Shown piece by piece: positions 45,316 through 59,325 of a DNA stretch of 64,000 nucleotides (positions are counted from its first letter, which is position 1; each line of letters starts with the position of its first letter). Origin of the DNA: Oikopleura dioica (lineage: Eukaryota > Animalia > Chordata); assembly GCA_907165135.1 (NCBI GenBank), contig OU015568.1, forward strand, positions 16,379,208 to 16,443,207. The letters are read 5' to 3'. Made by a program: the position numbers and the translations under genes. The notes below the pieces were generated by a model. The model did not search any database. It had not been told where the DNA came from and saw only the letters and a list, made by a program, of their open reading frames with translations.

Positions 45316-47809
45316 CTATAGATCGGTGACCATACTTTCGAGGTCTTTGTATTCTGGGAGATTCTCTGAGGTCTTCAGGGCGGGATTCTCGACGCCGTTT
45401 TCGTCTACTTTGACGGTAGTGTTTTCGTCATCAGGAAGCTCCTCTGTACAGCAGGAACACATGTTCATTATTCGTGGATTTCTAAGAAATAGGTAAAAAA
45501 CTGGGACCTATTCATGGGCTCTTATTGGACCAAAGAGATAATTCTGCCGTCTGATTGGTTGAAATTCCCCATAAGACCGTAAAACGTCTTCAAACAGATC
45601 ATTACCTGCAGATAGCATTGTCGATTGGCCGAAGCGATCGCATCCAGACAGGTAGAAACTTCCACGACTTCAAGAACTCGGGGAGAACTTTCGGATGATT
45701 CTGCTGAAGCCACGTGATGAAGCCAACAGCGCCGAAGATGAGTGCCAGGACGTACATGATGACTGAAAAAAGATTGAAAACTTGTTTTGAGATTTATGAA
45801 CTTACTCATTGAAATGATGGGACCAGCAGTTTCATCAATGAGCGAGATTCCGAAGAGAATCAAGGGACCTGCGATGAAGACGATAATCGTGTACAAAATT
45901 GACCACCAGCGGTATCGAGCGGCCATTTTACCGATCCAGAGGGATCCTTGGACGACTGGATATCGGGTCATGGGGATGATGAAGAAGAAGACGATTCCAA
46001 AAGAGTTGAACATCACGTGAGAGAGCGAGACCTGAAAGGGAAAGTTGAAGAGATTCTCAGCTCTTTGGACTTACCTGAAGGGCCTGTGAAAAGTCACCAC
46101 TGGCATTGGCAAAGGCAGCGATTAAACCAGTAATAGTCGTACCAAGATTGGCGCCAGCAGTGATCGGATACGCTCGCTCGACGGAGATGACTCCAATGGC
46201 GACGATGGGCGTCAAAATCGAAAGAATAATCGAGCTTGATTGAACAGCAAACGTCAGAAGGACGCCAGCGATGATGTACAAATAGTCGGTGAACCAGCCG
46301 AATGGGCTTGGCAGATTCTTGTCCACATTTTCTTTCAGCAAATCGGTGATTGAGCCAACGAGCACGGATTTCAAACACTTGACAACGCCGACCAACTGAA
46401 AGAAACTTTAAGACTTCTTATTGCATCGTAAAAAGCTTCGTGAGAACTGGCGTTCTTTTTTGCCCCAGTTGAGAGTTATATAATCCAGAATACAGTACAC
46501 TGGGGAAAAATCACTTACCGAAGCATACATCATGATAAAACTGATGGCGAAGCAAATTCCACCGATGGCTTCGTCGGATAGACAGGAATTGACAAACATG
46601 TGCTTCTCTTTCTCCACGCAGTGGTCGGTGAATTTGACGATGAAGGTATCGGGGGCGGAGAAGTCCTTGAATCTGCACTCGTAGGATGGACCGGACTGCA
46701 TGCAAGTGGATCCGCCGGGTGGACAGCCGTCCATGTCTGGGTAGTCGCAGAAATCAGTGCAGAGGGACGCTAGAATGATTATGTAAATACAAGTCGCCTG
46801 AATCAAGTCTTCTTTCAAGTGTTTCTTTGAGAACTTACTGTCATTTCCAAGCTTGGTTTTGCAATAGTTGACAAAAGTGCCGTTGTAATCTGGCGATCCA
46901 AGTCCCTTCTTATTCTTGACGAGAATGTACTGCTGGATGGGGTCAGTAATCGCGCCGATCGGATCAAAGTCCAAGCCGTCCGAGTTACAATCTTCAACGC
47001 AATCGGCAAATGGGGCGACCATGAGTCCTGTGAGTTTTTCCATCATGTCAAACAGGATTTCCAGCGGGAACAAAATTAACACGATCAGGATATCGTAAAC
47101 GGCGGGAATTGCGGCACATGCCATTGCCGCTGCGAATTCTTTCTTTTCGGCCACATTTCCAAACGCAACCAGGGTGCTTGAATATGTTTACCAACCCGTT
47201 ATCGAGGGTAAATCTTACCTTGTAATAGCGGTTCCAACATTCGCGCCGTAAATGCAGTAAATACCGACTTTCACTGTAAACAATCCGGAGCCGACAAGTG
47301 TGATGAAGATCGAAGTCGCAGTTGAGGACGATTGGCAAAGTACAGTCAGCACAATGCCCATACAGAATCCACAGAATGGATTTTCAAGGATATCTTGGAC
47401 GCTGGCAATCACTAAAAATAAATTTAATTGAAGAAAAAGGGGAAGAATTTCGTGAAATTTGGCCTCTAGTGATAAGAGAGAGGCCCCTGTGGGGTCACTT
47501 TTTCTGACATGCGATGGATTGTAACTACGCTAGAATCTAAACTATCTCTGATTGGAAAAAGTGTCCCTCACCATCATTGAGGAAGGCTCCACCAAGAACT
47601 TGGAACGAATCCGACAGGAGTCCAATGGCAAAAATGAATGTATAGACGAAGAAGATGGCCGCCATTACCTTAATTACGTTCACCGTGATTCGTCGGCACC
47701 GGTTCTCGTCAGAGACCGTGCTCGACGTCTCACTTGGTGAACATTTTGTTTTGTCGAGTTCCGATGAGTTCTCTATCGGAACGACGGAAGAGTTGCTTGG
47801 CCGTCCCAT
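45316..47809 (-). CDS. SLC34A: Type II Na+/phosphate cotransporter
   Basis: Two QSSS repeats (QSSSTATS, QSSSIILS), GANVGTAIT and GANLGTTIT, Cys-rich extracellular loop. Confidence 0.92.
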
Positions 47810-49934
47810 TCGTGAGTCGTGAAAAAAGTTTAGCTTTTTTAAGCTTGAGTAGCTTTTTAAGTTTCTTGGTCGTAGGGAGACTTCTAGGGCGCTTATATAC
47901 CCCCCATTTTACGTAGTAAAGAGACGGGTCGCATCAGCGCCACGAGCGCGGGACATGACAATCGGGTGATTCGCTCGGAATCTGCAGAAAGCGGAAATTT
48001 ACTCAACCAACATATCTTTAGTTGTTTTACTTTACTAAACTTAATTTTAACCAGCTGCTTTGCATCCCATTAGTTTAAAACTAAGTCCAAGAAAGCTCAA
48101 AAAAGCTTTCAAAAGTCAACAAATTTATCCTTTTTTTTCAGACAAATCAACAAAGACAATTCATTTTTCTCTAATATTTCTTCATAAAAACGAATTTCTC
48201 TCAACGCCAAACGCAAAAAATAACCCACAATGTCAAAAATCGCTTTTTTCGAAATATTTCAAATTTTTAAACAAATATACAAGATATTTATTGACAAATT
48301 AAATAAGCAACTGTACAATAGAACGTCCAAAAGGCCGGCTAAATGTCCTTGAATTCATAATTATTATCGGTAATAAATATTTCGAAACCAACTCCCGTTG
48401 CTTGCAGCAAGGGTAGCGGGAGTTGAATGGAAAATTTTCCAACGATGGACTCGGCAATTGAACCAGTCCGATCCGGTGCCTCCACAGGAGAATGCGATAG
48501 ACAGTGCAAACAAGAAATGGAGCATTTATGATAGTTTGAACGATCCTTGGAGTTTATCGAAGGAACTGTCAAGTTGATAGCGCAGTTGGGGCACACCCAG
48601 TCTTGAAGTTGCAAAAAATATTTTGGTTGTAAGATGTGAGAGCAAATAAATTGCTTTCCTGACAGGGCGGATTATTTGATCTCGGAGATCCCGAAGATCT
48701 GAGCTGGGAGTCTCCAGTTGTTGATTATCGATGACTTGCATAATGAAATCGTAATTTCGCAACTTTATACCTTACCAGTTCAAATCCCAAACTGACGCAA
48801 GTTGGCGAAAATAGGCGTTGACATCGAAAAATCTGAGGAGCCCTTAAATAAAATCAGTCGGTAGATATCGACATTGCCAGTCCAAGATTGTTGCCAACAA
48901 TTTGTTGGTAAAACTTTGAAAGAAAGCCTCATAATTGTCGATTTCGAGAAGTCATACAGTCTCAGCCAGATTGATAAATCAAAGCTGGTTCCGCTTGAAA
49001 TCGACAATTTTGAGCCCGAATTTCAACGTTTTATCATTAATTTTGGACATAGAATATCGATATCTACTGGAGGAATATTGCGTAGGCCCCTAGAATTTCC
49101 AAAGCCTACACATATTTCCACCATTTTTTGAAGGTTCGATATTCAAACTGGCAAAAAAAAAATACGAAATATCAATTTATAACAACTATGCAAATCATCA
49201 ATTATCAACAGCTGGCAACTCAAAGCTCAGATCCTCAGGATGTCCGAGATCAAACAATCCGCCCTCGCATAAAAACAAAATTTCAAACTACTCAAAATAT
49301 TCTCCTTCTTTGATAGGGAAACTCTTTGGCATCCTAAAGTTCATGCCCAAATAGACGCAAATCGCAAAAAAAGTAGGCGTTGACTCGCCTGAATCACTAC
49401 GGAAGTTCATTCTCTGACAACTACGTCAAATCTATTTGCCAAATGATTCTGAAGCTCAAGAATCCTTCACGTCAAAAAATCTTAAATATGCCCCGTAGTT
49501 TATATAAATTTACATGTACAATAAGCTCTATTCCGATCAAAGAGTAGCTTTTCTTTGAACTGAAAAAAGTTGATTCAGCACATCTGCGCTTATTTATCCG
49601 GCAAATTTAAAATTGCTACTATTGGAAAGCTACCTCTAAAATGCACTAAACTATTGTATTTTGGTAAGCAGTAATATTGCGATCGATTTGGAACGACTGT
49701 AAAAATTCTGGCCACACTTCTTTTGACTGAAAATTGCATGAAAAACATGAGGAAGAGGAGACTGCGTTTTATTATTTTTTAGAGCTTGTAAACGGGTTTA
49801 ATTAGATCAGACAAGAATTTTTTGCTGTAACTTGGTTCCACTCAAATAAAACATAAATCTGTAAGATGAAATAAAAAAACTTTTTGCAGCAAAAAAAATC
49901 ACACATTCCGTTCTTAGGCTCATCCAGAGTTTGA

Positions 49935-50650
49935 AATTTTCGTGACTCGCGAGCGGCTCTTTTGAGAGCGAGCGAGCACGAGCATGATGCTCTTTGTGCT
50001 CCCGAGCACATTTATTTCAGCGTTCGCGCTCTTTGCGCTCGCGAGCACATTTCATTTCGCGCTCTCGCTCTCCTGGCTCCCGAGCACTTGTCAAATTTTG
50101 CTCTCGCTCGATTGGCTCCCGAGCTGAAAAATCTGACTCGCGAGCAGCTTTCAAGAGCCTAAAATGATTCGACGACCCCGTAACTAATTCCAAATGAGTC
50201 CCTGTCAAAGGAGTTAGCACTTCGCGGTGGGCATCTTTTATCTGTTTACTCTCGGCTTTTCGAGTTCCGCTGCCGAGATAACGGACCTAATGAAGCTTGC
50301 ACAAAACGGAAACACGAAAAATTGATCCACGAGAGAAATTTATCCATGAAAGTGAATAATTATGCAAAAAAAATGTTCTTTTAATTTTGCTCGCGAGCCG
50401 CTCGTGAGTCAATTCCATAGCGAGCACGAGAGCAGCCGCTCCCGCTCGTCTAGCTCCCGAGCATTGCCGACATATGCGCTCGTGCTCTCCGCGCTCGCGA
50501 GCGGTTTCAAATTTGGGCTCGCGCTCTTTTGGCTCTCGAGCCAACTTCATTTTTATGCTCCCGCTCCCCTGCTCTCAGAGCAATAATAAATTTTCGCTCT
50601 CGCTCTCTGCGCTCGCGAGCATTTGCGAGCATTTCAAACTCTGGGCTCAT
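49935..50650. repeat. Cluster of GCTC/GAGC/CTCGCGAG repeats (probable MITE subterminal repeats)
   Basis: Dense palindromic GCTCGCGAGC motifs in two blocks. Confidence 0.55.
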
Positions 50651-50707
50651 CAGAAAGAGCGTGAAAAACTGAGTAGAATATTTCTTATTTATGTGGGTAT
50701 TTTCTAG

Positions 50708-51070
50708 AGCATGACGTCACAAATGACGTCAGAAGGTTCTAAAAACGCTAAACTTTGAGTCGACTTTTAACAGGCTTTCCGTTCGAAGTTTTCAGTGTTC
50801 AATAGCTCAAATAAAAGCTCGGGAAAAATTGAAGGTACATTTTGACGAATTTTTAAAGAATTTAATTAAAAATTGGTTCTAGAATTTTTCGAAAAAAAAA
50901 TTTCATCGAAAATGAAAATCCTTAAAAATGAACCTTCAGTTTTTGATAAGCTTTCGTTTGAGCTATCAAACATCGAAAAATTCCATCAAAAAGTCTCTCA
51001 AAAAGTGACTCAAAGTTTGCCCAAAATGGCCATTTTCACCATCTTCTAGCGTCACCTGTGACGTGATCGG
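50708..51070. mobile_element. Degenerate inverted-repeat element
   Basis: atgacgtcacaaatgacgtcagaag / cttctagcgtcacctgtgacgtgat; aaactttgagtcgactttt / aaaagtgactcaaagttt. Confidence 0.5.
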
Positions 51071-51556
51071 CTTATATTTCGGAGCCAAATCTTGACCATT
51101 CGACTCAAAATTTTACGGGCTTTCTTATGAGCCCAAAAAAGGCCGAAGTCAATTTTTTCCCTGCAAAAAGTTTTTTAATTTCATCTAAAGAAATGGACGG
51201 CAAACTTGAACGGGGCTTTTAAAAGGGTCACTTTTGAATAGGAATTTTTTTCTAGGAGAATTTTAAGGGGGTAGACAACAAGATTCCAATTTTCGAGATG
51301 GTCTTTTCTTAAGAATTTGCAGTAGTGACCCCCTTATTTTCTAGTTTAAACCCTAACCTAACCCTAACTCTAAGTCATAGGGCCTTAGAGTAAGGAGATT
51401 TCTTCTAATATAGAATAAGGGTGTCAATATGTTATTTTTTGAGTATATAGTCCGCTTGAAAAGTGGAATTCTTGACCTTCGAAGTAAAATAGAAGAATGC
51501 AGTAGCCTGCAGTAGATTGAAGAAGAAATTGCTTTTTGAAAATTTAGGGGTCTTTT

Positions 51557-53695
51557 TTAATAAATATCAGGGAACATGTTTAATGTGCTCTTATCAGTTT
51601 GATTGAGAAGGCATTTCCGCGAAAATTCTTCGCCTCGTTCGTGGAACCAAATGTTCGAAACAGTTTTCTACAAAAGAAATCATCAGTCAGTAAGCGGCTT
51701 GGACTCCTTGAGCATAAGTTTGGTGATGCCTTACCTGTCCTATTAAAACTGGGCAGGCGGCATGTCGCGTTCTGTAATCACAAGAGCCGTCGCGCAGCAG
51801 ATTGTACCAGAAGACGGCGGATTTGTGGATCGGCTCGGCTTTGATTCCTGAACACGTGAGGTGAGGCGAGTTACTGTATATTACAGACATCATCAAAAGA
51901 ATTGATGCGACCGCACTATTCTCGGCGAACCTTCGGCAAACAACCCCGCTTATCACAAATTTACTTTGCAAATCAATCGGCCGGGAAGGGGAGTGTCTGA
52001 AGATTTGACCCGAAGTTCACCGGATGATCAAATACGATAGTCCGATCAATGCAGTGATCATTACCTGGCCCTAGAAACGCCGTGTCTCCGCCATGTTTGG
52101 GCTCGTTGAGATAAGTCAACCAGGTAGCGATGCGATTTCCGTCTTCTTCGTCGAATTTTCCAGCGTCGTTTTCAGTCGACATATCGTAGTGCGGCTAAAA
52201 TCAATCAAATCAGAAGAAATCCTTTTGAAATTTGGAGGCCATGGCCCCTGAGAAAGAAGAGAACGGACCTCGTATTGACCGCCAATACCATAGTTCGAGT
52301 ACTGAATATCCTCGGCTCTCTCCATCGTGAGCCCTGTAATGATTGAAATTCTGTTGCGAAATTGCCTCAATTTCTGATCTTCCTCGGAGTCTGTGTTGGC
52401 CGGTAGCCAAGCTGATTCCGAAATTCGATAATCTGCATTTACAAGTTTTCCTGTGATCGGGTCCTGAAGACAACAATTTCAAAATTTGTCTGAACACAGT
52501 AGAATACCTGTACTGTGGCAAGATTGGACTTTGGCCTCGCTTGTTTATTAATAATCTCGAGCTCTTCATCCGTGATTATTTCGTAGAATCGGATGATTTC
52601 TGGCTCGTCCCAGAGTTCTTCCGCTTTGACTGGTCCTAGCATCAAAAAGGGATGATCATTGTTGGACCAATAGAAGCACCTCAGCAGTTTTTCTTCAGGA
52701 AGTTCGTTGGGCATCCGGCAGAGTTTTTCATAATACTCCGTTTCTTCCCTCTCTGGCCGATGATCAGCCGCGCGGGTGGACAGTTTCGAATGGTCCATCC
52801 CTTCTTGTTCGGTTTCACCCCTCGCTCGTTCAATCCACTTTCGCCCGTAGTAATTGACGTTTTGCTCGTATCGCTTTTCGTCTGGCTGCAGCGATTTGAG
52901 TTTATTGTAAATCATCAGCGCTCCTCGCTGGTCGCCAATCTGCGATTTCGCGTACGCCAAGTGGTCCAAAGCGTCGATCATCAGGTCGAAATCTTTTTCT
53001 TTGTCTGCGTTTTGGAGAGTCAACTTCATCCAGTCATGGACGACGCGCATAGAACCGCCGTTCATGTAAGCTCGTCTTCCTATATCGAAACAGTCCTTCG
53101 CAGTTAACTTAGGGAGATCCTTTTCCATTCCTCCATTGTAGAATTCTCCCAAGCCTTGTTGAAGATCCGCCGCAGAAAGAAAGTAGGTCTCTTGGAGACG
53201 CAACAGGCCATTTTCAGCAATCTCAGCACTGAAAAAGAGTAAGGTTGGGGCAAGAACAGTAATGGCGAATAATACCTTTTTGTGTCTTGAACTTTGCTGG
53301 TGAGCGGTTTAATTTGACTGATCAAGTCAGATTCTGGCGAGTGGGAAGTGAGACTCTCGGAGATCTCGTGCCAGTCTTTTGAGAAGCGCCGGATCAGCTT
53401 GAATTGATTCACTGGGTGACTAAAATCCAGGATTACCAAGAAAAATGACCAAAAAGCATCAGTTTTGCCCTTTTTCTTACCTCAAATGCTCGTTTCCCTG
53501 GCTTTCTCGTTCTTTTTGCATTTCTTCAATTTTTTCTTCCAAAAAAGCGAGTTTCTCTACTTTCTCTTCCAATTTTAGTAAAAGCTTTTCCAATAAATTT
53601 TCTTCAAATTTCAACAAAGTCTCCATTTGGTCAAAAGAAGTAGCTCTCTGGCCAGCAACAAAATCGAGTAAAAATAGCTTCCAAAGCATCGTCAT
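51557..53695 (-). CDS. P4HA: Prolyl 4-hydroxylase alpha subunit
   Basis: Signal peptide; ACCVSKRP...LLRLQETY; NYGIGGQYE, GNRIATWLTYL, GGDTAF, AVFWYNL...TRHAACPVLIG, NIWFHERG. Confidence 0.92.
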
Positions 53696-55449
53696 TTTCA
53701 AGGACGACTGTAACACGCCGAAATACTGGACGGGTTTGAAACTTTTCACACTCAGCTGTTCGTCGCCCGCCGGGTCGAGCTCAGGAGGTGCTTTTAATGG
53801 CTTTCTTTGCCCAATCAAAACAGAAGCTAAACGGCGATTTGGCGATTTTATGAGGCCTTTCTTCTCTAGCCTTGGAATCAGTTGAACCCAGGACGACTGT
53901 AGTTCTGAGTGAACATGGACTTTCGGATGACGATCTTTTGGATTATCCGGCAAAGGGATCAACAGGGGTAGAGGAGAACATATGCGACATTCTGAGTAAG
54001 AAAACGAGGTTATCGAGGTCTTTTCTCGCCAATCTGTGTAGAAAACCTGAGTCAGGGTCTGAAACAGGGGTTCGAAAAATGCGGTTCGGGCGAAGCCGCT
54101 TTCTGGCTTAGACTTTATAAAAGCCGCTACGCTGCTTTCTACTGAAGCTATTTTAAATCCTGAATCAGGTTTTCAAAAATGGTTTCCGAGCCCAGATCGG
54201 GATAGCCAGCAAAATGACGATTTTACAGAAGTTTTCTTCAGGAAATAGGAGGTACAGTTCCTCTGAGTTCGCTGTCCGTCAATCCCTGTAAATTAATCTG
54301 CCTCGGCATGGCTCGCTATCAGGATATCGAATAGCAGAGGGCGCATTACCGAGCTTCAGTCGGGATAATGCATGCGCCGCGCGCTCTATATAAACTATCA
54401 TGACACAGATTTTCAACCCTTGCTACTCCTTCTTTTTTTTTCCGTGGCCGCATTCCAGAAAATAACATCGAAGGAAGAAAAAGAGACAATTAAAGTTATA
54501 TGGACAGAGTCAGGAAAAGAGTTATAATTTGATAGGTTTTCATCTAAGCTGAGCTGAGTACGCCTAAAATAGAGTTCGCGCAAAACTTCTCAGTCTTTAA
54601 CGGAAGTCGCCCAGCGCTATTTTTCGAGCTGGCTCGGATCGAGCTGAGCCCGATCGAAAAATTTCGAGCTGAGCTCGAATTGCAAGTCGAAATCGAGCTG
54701 AGCTGAGCTCGTTCCGAAAACTAAGTTGAGCTGGCTCGAAACGAGCTGTCATGATAATAACTCTAGTAAGGGCGAAATACAGACAGGTAGTGGTCAAACA
54801 AAAAACACGCTTCTTGAAGCCTTTTATTTCAGAAATGGAACACTCCTGTCCACGAAAAATTCTACTACAGCGAAATCCAACGCGTAGCCTCCATGTCAAA
54901 ACCCCTAACAGTCCGAAAAATCGACCTGGAAATTCAATCGGACTTTTCAAGTCCCTCTTCAAGCTCAGAACCAAAGACCGATTCCAAAACGACCGACAGC
55001 ATTTCAAAAAGCCTCCTGAGAAAATCAGTGAGGCGAAAAGAAGCGCTGAAACGCTTTTTCGACAACTTGACAAAGTTGAAAGGTTTCTATCAAACTTTTA
55101 TCGCAGTATTTTCGCCAGTTTAACCGAGTCGAGGTAATTTCATTATCTCAAGTGATCAAAAATTAATTCACTAAAACAGGCTCTTTCGATTTATAAAGAG
55201 GGACAATTACAACTCCGTCGCGGTACCATCTTCGCTGCTTAGTTCCAGGTGATTATCACTAAAATCTACATGGAAAATTTCTTTTGTGAAACTATAAGTC
55301 TTCTTGTTTAAAAATCCTCGAAGATTTTTACAAAACAAGGCTGTTTGACACTTTAATTTAAACATTTTTAGAGAATCGATTCGGAGGAATTTTCCTTTAT
55401 CATCTTTTTTAGCGAGTACTACTGCCCCGCAAACGCATTCCGCCGCGAA

Positions 55450-55698
55450 ATGTCATCAACAAGTTGCAGTACAGAATACGAGTTCCAGCTCACCACTCAA
55501 ATGGACACCTTCACCGAAGAATATCAAAAAGGCGAGGAGCTAATGATCTACTTCGACGAGTTATCGGATGCCTCCCTCGGCTCGTTAGTCGATGAACAAC
55601 ACGAAAAATTGGACTCGCTCGAGTCGCAAATCTGCAACGACGAGTACTACGAAGAGATTTGGACTGCGGAAATGGAAGAACACGAGCATTTTCACTGA
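55450..55698 (+). CDS. Small very acidic protein
   Basis: 82-aa ORF with ATG; rich in E/D/Q. Confidence 0.4.
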   Translation: MSSTSCSTEYEFQLTTQMDTFTEEYQKGEELMIYFDELSDASLGSLVDEQHEKLDSLESQICNDEYYEEIWTAEMEEHEHFH

Positions 55699-55833
55699 TA
55701 AGAAAAAGAGAGACGCAGATTTGTGATTTTACTGTAAAAATATATATTATGAGAGTATGAAAAAATAATAATGAAAGAATTATTATCGGCAATAAGAAGT
55801 TTTTCGCAGAAAAAAGTCTCTAAGGATGTCCCG

Positions 55834-57727
55834 CTACTTGCTAGTCAGTAGTTGACTCTTCAGACGTTGGTAAAGGAGCGGTTTGGGATTCGTGGTTTGT
55901 TTCAGCTGCTTCCGGTTCAGTCTTTTCTGTGGCTTCTTCTTCTTGGGAAAGAGCGCTTTCGGCTTCTTGGACAGCGTTTTCAGCGTCTTGGAATTTGTCT
56001 CAGGATTGATTTTCAACCAAATTTCGAGAAAAGAAATTTCTATTCAATCCCGAAAACTCACCTTCAGCGGGAAGACCAGAAACATGAGGAGCTCTAGAAC
56101 TCGGATGAGCCTTTCTGTACGCTTTGATCGCCACAAGTTGATCATTAATCGCTGTTTTGCATTGTTCATCGTTGTTTTCCTCGGCGATAGCCATTGCAGT
56201 GACGTAAGCGTCTTCAGCTTCATCGATTCTCGTCTGCTTCACTAAAAAGCGTATAAGCCCAGATCAACTTCTCCCTATTTCGATCTGAAGAAAGACTTAC
56301 GAAGCGATTGAGCGACGATTATTTGCGAGTTGAGCTCCCAGACCTTATCTTCCGCCTTTTGCGCTGTCTCTCTCGCCAATTCTGCGATTTCCAGCGCTTT
56401 CACCAAAAGCCCTTCTTCCAGAAGACAACGGGCCCAGTTGTGATAATGCCACGCTTTTTCACCTTCGCTGGTTGAATTGCCAAGACGGTCTTGGTAAATG
56501 TTCATCGCGTGTTTGTAGTTCTGGTTTTTGACGTACGCTTCCTGAATTCAGAAAAAATTAATTTGAGATCAAGGAAGAGAACTGACTCACCGCAAGATTA
56601 TCCATCGCTCGAACTTTAAGATCGGTTATTCCGCTCTTTTTCGCTGCTGCCAGTTCTTTCTTATGTCTTGTAATTGATTCCTCATTCTTTCCGAGACCAA
56701 GGAGAGCTTGGCCGTAGACAGAGTTGATATCAGCTTGGAGGGCGCACATCATTGGTCCTTTGTTTACATCGGGATGTGTTTCTACGTTGGTGTTGATATC
56801 GATTATTGCTTTGAGGGCTTCTTCGTATTCTTTGTCGTCCAAAACTAAATTGAAGCTTTAGTTGATCGGTTTCGTTAGTTTTTCTTGATAAAATTGTTCT
56901 TACGTTTGACAGCAGCAGAAATATCAGTCTTGATTGCTTCAACAGGAATGGGCTTGAGCATCGTTCTCTCCCGCGAGCTATAAAAAGAGACTAAAAATAG
57001 GGTTGAAAAGGCTGTCTTTACCGAGTATATTCAGGCTTCTGCTGGGTCCAGAAGTCAGCCCGATCGTCTAAGTACCGAATTCCTTGATTGACAAGTTCCC
57101 CGACCGAGTTTTTCCCGTCAAAAGTCTTCATTAATGCGCTATCGTTCGCTAGTTTCTCCAAGAATTGTCGATCTTCGTACATTTCACCCAGATTTGAGCG
57201 CGTCGCTTTTTTCTTTGATCGCTGCTTCGAAGCTGATTTTTTGCGCGATTCAACGTCGAGCTGGATTACTTCTGGGCCGCCGACTGAGTTGGCGATTGCT
57301 TCTTGACACTTTTGGATTCCAAGGCGGAAGTCTTCAGTTTCCGGTCGTAGTCGCTGTCCGCGGTGGTAGAACATTAGCGCGTGCTCAAACTCGCCCATGA
57401 GATAGAGCGTTTCAGCCTTGAGCAAGAGGCCGCGGTGGAAGGTCTTGTCGTCGCGGATGCAGCTGTCGGCGTCGTCAAGGGCAGAAGTTGGATCGCCGTT
57501 GAGAATGTGGCACTTCCCGCGAGCGATAAGGCAGTTTTTGTCGTTCGGCTTGGCGTGGAGTGCTGAATATAGAGTTTTAAACTGTCGGGAAGTGAGTAAC
57601 TCTTACCCTTGTTATATTCATCGAGGGCTTTTTGAAAGTCCTTGGTCGACACGTATTTATCACCGGCGGCCAAATACGTAGAAAAAGTGCAAGGAAGCTC
57701 TAGTGGGGGCTCGTCGTGATACGCCAT
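55834..57727 (-). CDS. TTC25: TPR protein, outer dynein arm docking complex subunit 4
   Basis: KAETLYLMGEFEHALMFYHRGQRLRPE...FRLGIQKCQEAIANSVG, and YHNWARCLLE. Confidence 0.85.
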
Positions 57728-58039
57728 CTCTGCTCTAGAATTGGAAAAGATGAAAGAAAGTTGCAAATGTGGGTCTTTTTTCAGTATTTGGTAATTTCAA
57801 AGAGCGGGAATTTCTAGGAAGAAAAGTTGTGGCAGAAAATGAATGATGCTCTGGCAGGATTTTTTTGTTGAATTGAAAAGACAAGGGATGGAGGATTGAG
57901 GATTGAGGAAGCTGCCAGGACTTGATGATGATGAGTTTGAGCAGTAGTTTTCAGTCTTCTATGTGCATTCGATTGTGTATCCTAAAAAAATTGATCAAAA
58001 TTTGAAAACGAAAAAGCCTTAACTTACAATTGGGATGAG

Positions 58040-58985
58040 TTAGAGTTTTGTCGGCTTCTTCGTTTTTCGAATCGCATTTGGCGCTTTTCCTTTGTTCGGC
58101 TTCTTTGTTTCCTTCGCTTTTCGCTTCTTTAGCTTCTCACTGGACTGGTTGAAGAGATCGACGAGTTCTTTTTCCGAGAGTGGTTTTTCTGCAACTGGTT
58201 GGATTTGTAGAGCATTTTTCAGTTCTTTCGGGAGCTTTCGTTCTTTTCCTTTTGCTTCGCGTTCTTGAGTCGGAATTTGGACGGTGGAATTGAAGATCGG
58301 GTACCAGACGAATTCTGCTTCATCGCAGGCTTCCCAGATCTTGTCCATATTCGACAAGCTCTGGAGGATCGAGCTGCCGTTTTTGATCCTTTTCTTTGTA
58401 GCTTCTTTTTCCTTTGATCGAGCAATACAGGTGAGATCCTCCTCAATGTGTCCAAAAATCCAGCCAATACGTTCCATTCTGCTCGCCTTGATGATTCCAA
58501 CGAGACGAATGATGAGCCAGGGGTCTTTTTTGCAGCAGAAATGAGGCGTTTTCTCGAAGACAGGATCGTTCGCCCAAAGAGAGTCATTTTTCTTCAGGAA
58601 ACGGGCGTTGTAGCATTTGATGAAGGCGAGCCTTATTTCTGGGCTGAGCAATCTTTGTAAAGAACCTGAGTCAGCGTTTTGTGAGAGCCTTGAGAATAGC
58701 CGCGACTCGGCTTTTTTTAAAACGAAGCCGAAAAGCGGCTTCGCAAAATGACCAATTAAATTTGAAACAGATTGCTGAGCCCAGCCTTATTTGGTGAAAA
58801 TAGAGAAAACCAGGAGCGTGCTCCTTCCGATAGAGGCAGGGAGAGATGTTGATGAATTCGTCGATAGTGAAGCAGCAGCCGCACGAGAACTCGAAAATCT
58901 GGTGGTCGGGGAAAGAAAGGAGCTTGATTTGGAAACTGGTTCCAGAATGATCGTCGTGGCATTTGATAAATTCGGCTTTTGGCAT
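58040..58985 (-). CDS. Orphan SCGCCF-motif protein, paralog 1, with a MITE-derived intron (58632-58785)
   Basis: Colinear with paralog 2 once the insertion is removed (FHQIR|LAFIKC). Ends KKPNKGKAPNAIRKTKKPTKL. Confidence 0.6.
58639..58784. mobile_element. 146-bp CTGGGCTC-family MITE inside coding sequence (introner-like)
   Basis: TIR CTGGGCTGAGCAATCT/AGATTGCTGAGCCCAG; perfect 8-bp TSD CCTTATTT (58631-38 and 58785-92). Confidence 0.92.
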
Positions 58986-59325
58986 CTTTTCTCTGAAGAA
59001 AAAACTTGAACTTCTTTGAATGAGAGGAAAAATGAGCTGGGCGGGTGATTATAAGAACGATTTGATCCCACGCGAATAATCGTGAGCGGCGACAAATTTT
59101 ATCAGAAATGCCCGGATTTGAAAGATGATTGATAAGCGCGAATGTTTTTCCTACCTTTTTGGCTTGGCTGTAATCGTAGCTAAAGGATGTTTTCGTATTT
59201 ACATGATGAGGGAGGATACTAGATATCGGAGATTATTTACAGCGATTTCGAAGGGCTAAAATTCGATTATATTTATAATATAAGCTTTCGCTATTTTGGA
59301 GATTTTTGCTTACTATTGAGAAGAT

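Noticed and set aside
49802-50707. Arg/Ala/Glu-rich ORFs
   Set aside because: Shadows of GCTC/GAGC repeats.
53700-53962. N-terminal extension of P4HA in the ORF track
   Set aside because: The signal peptide begins at MTMLWKLFLL (53695); the upstream part has no ATG support and no P4HA similarity.
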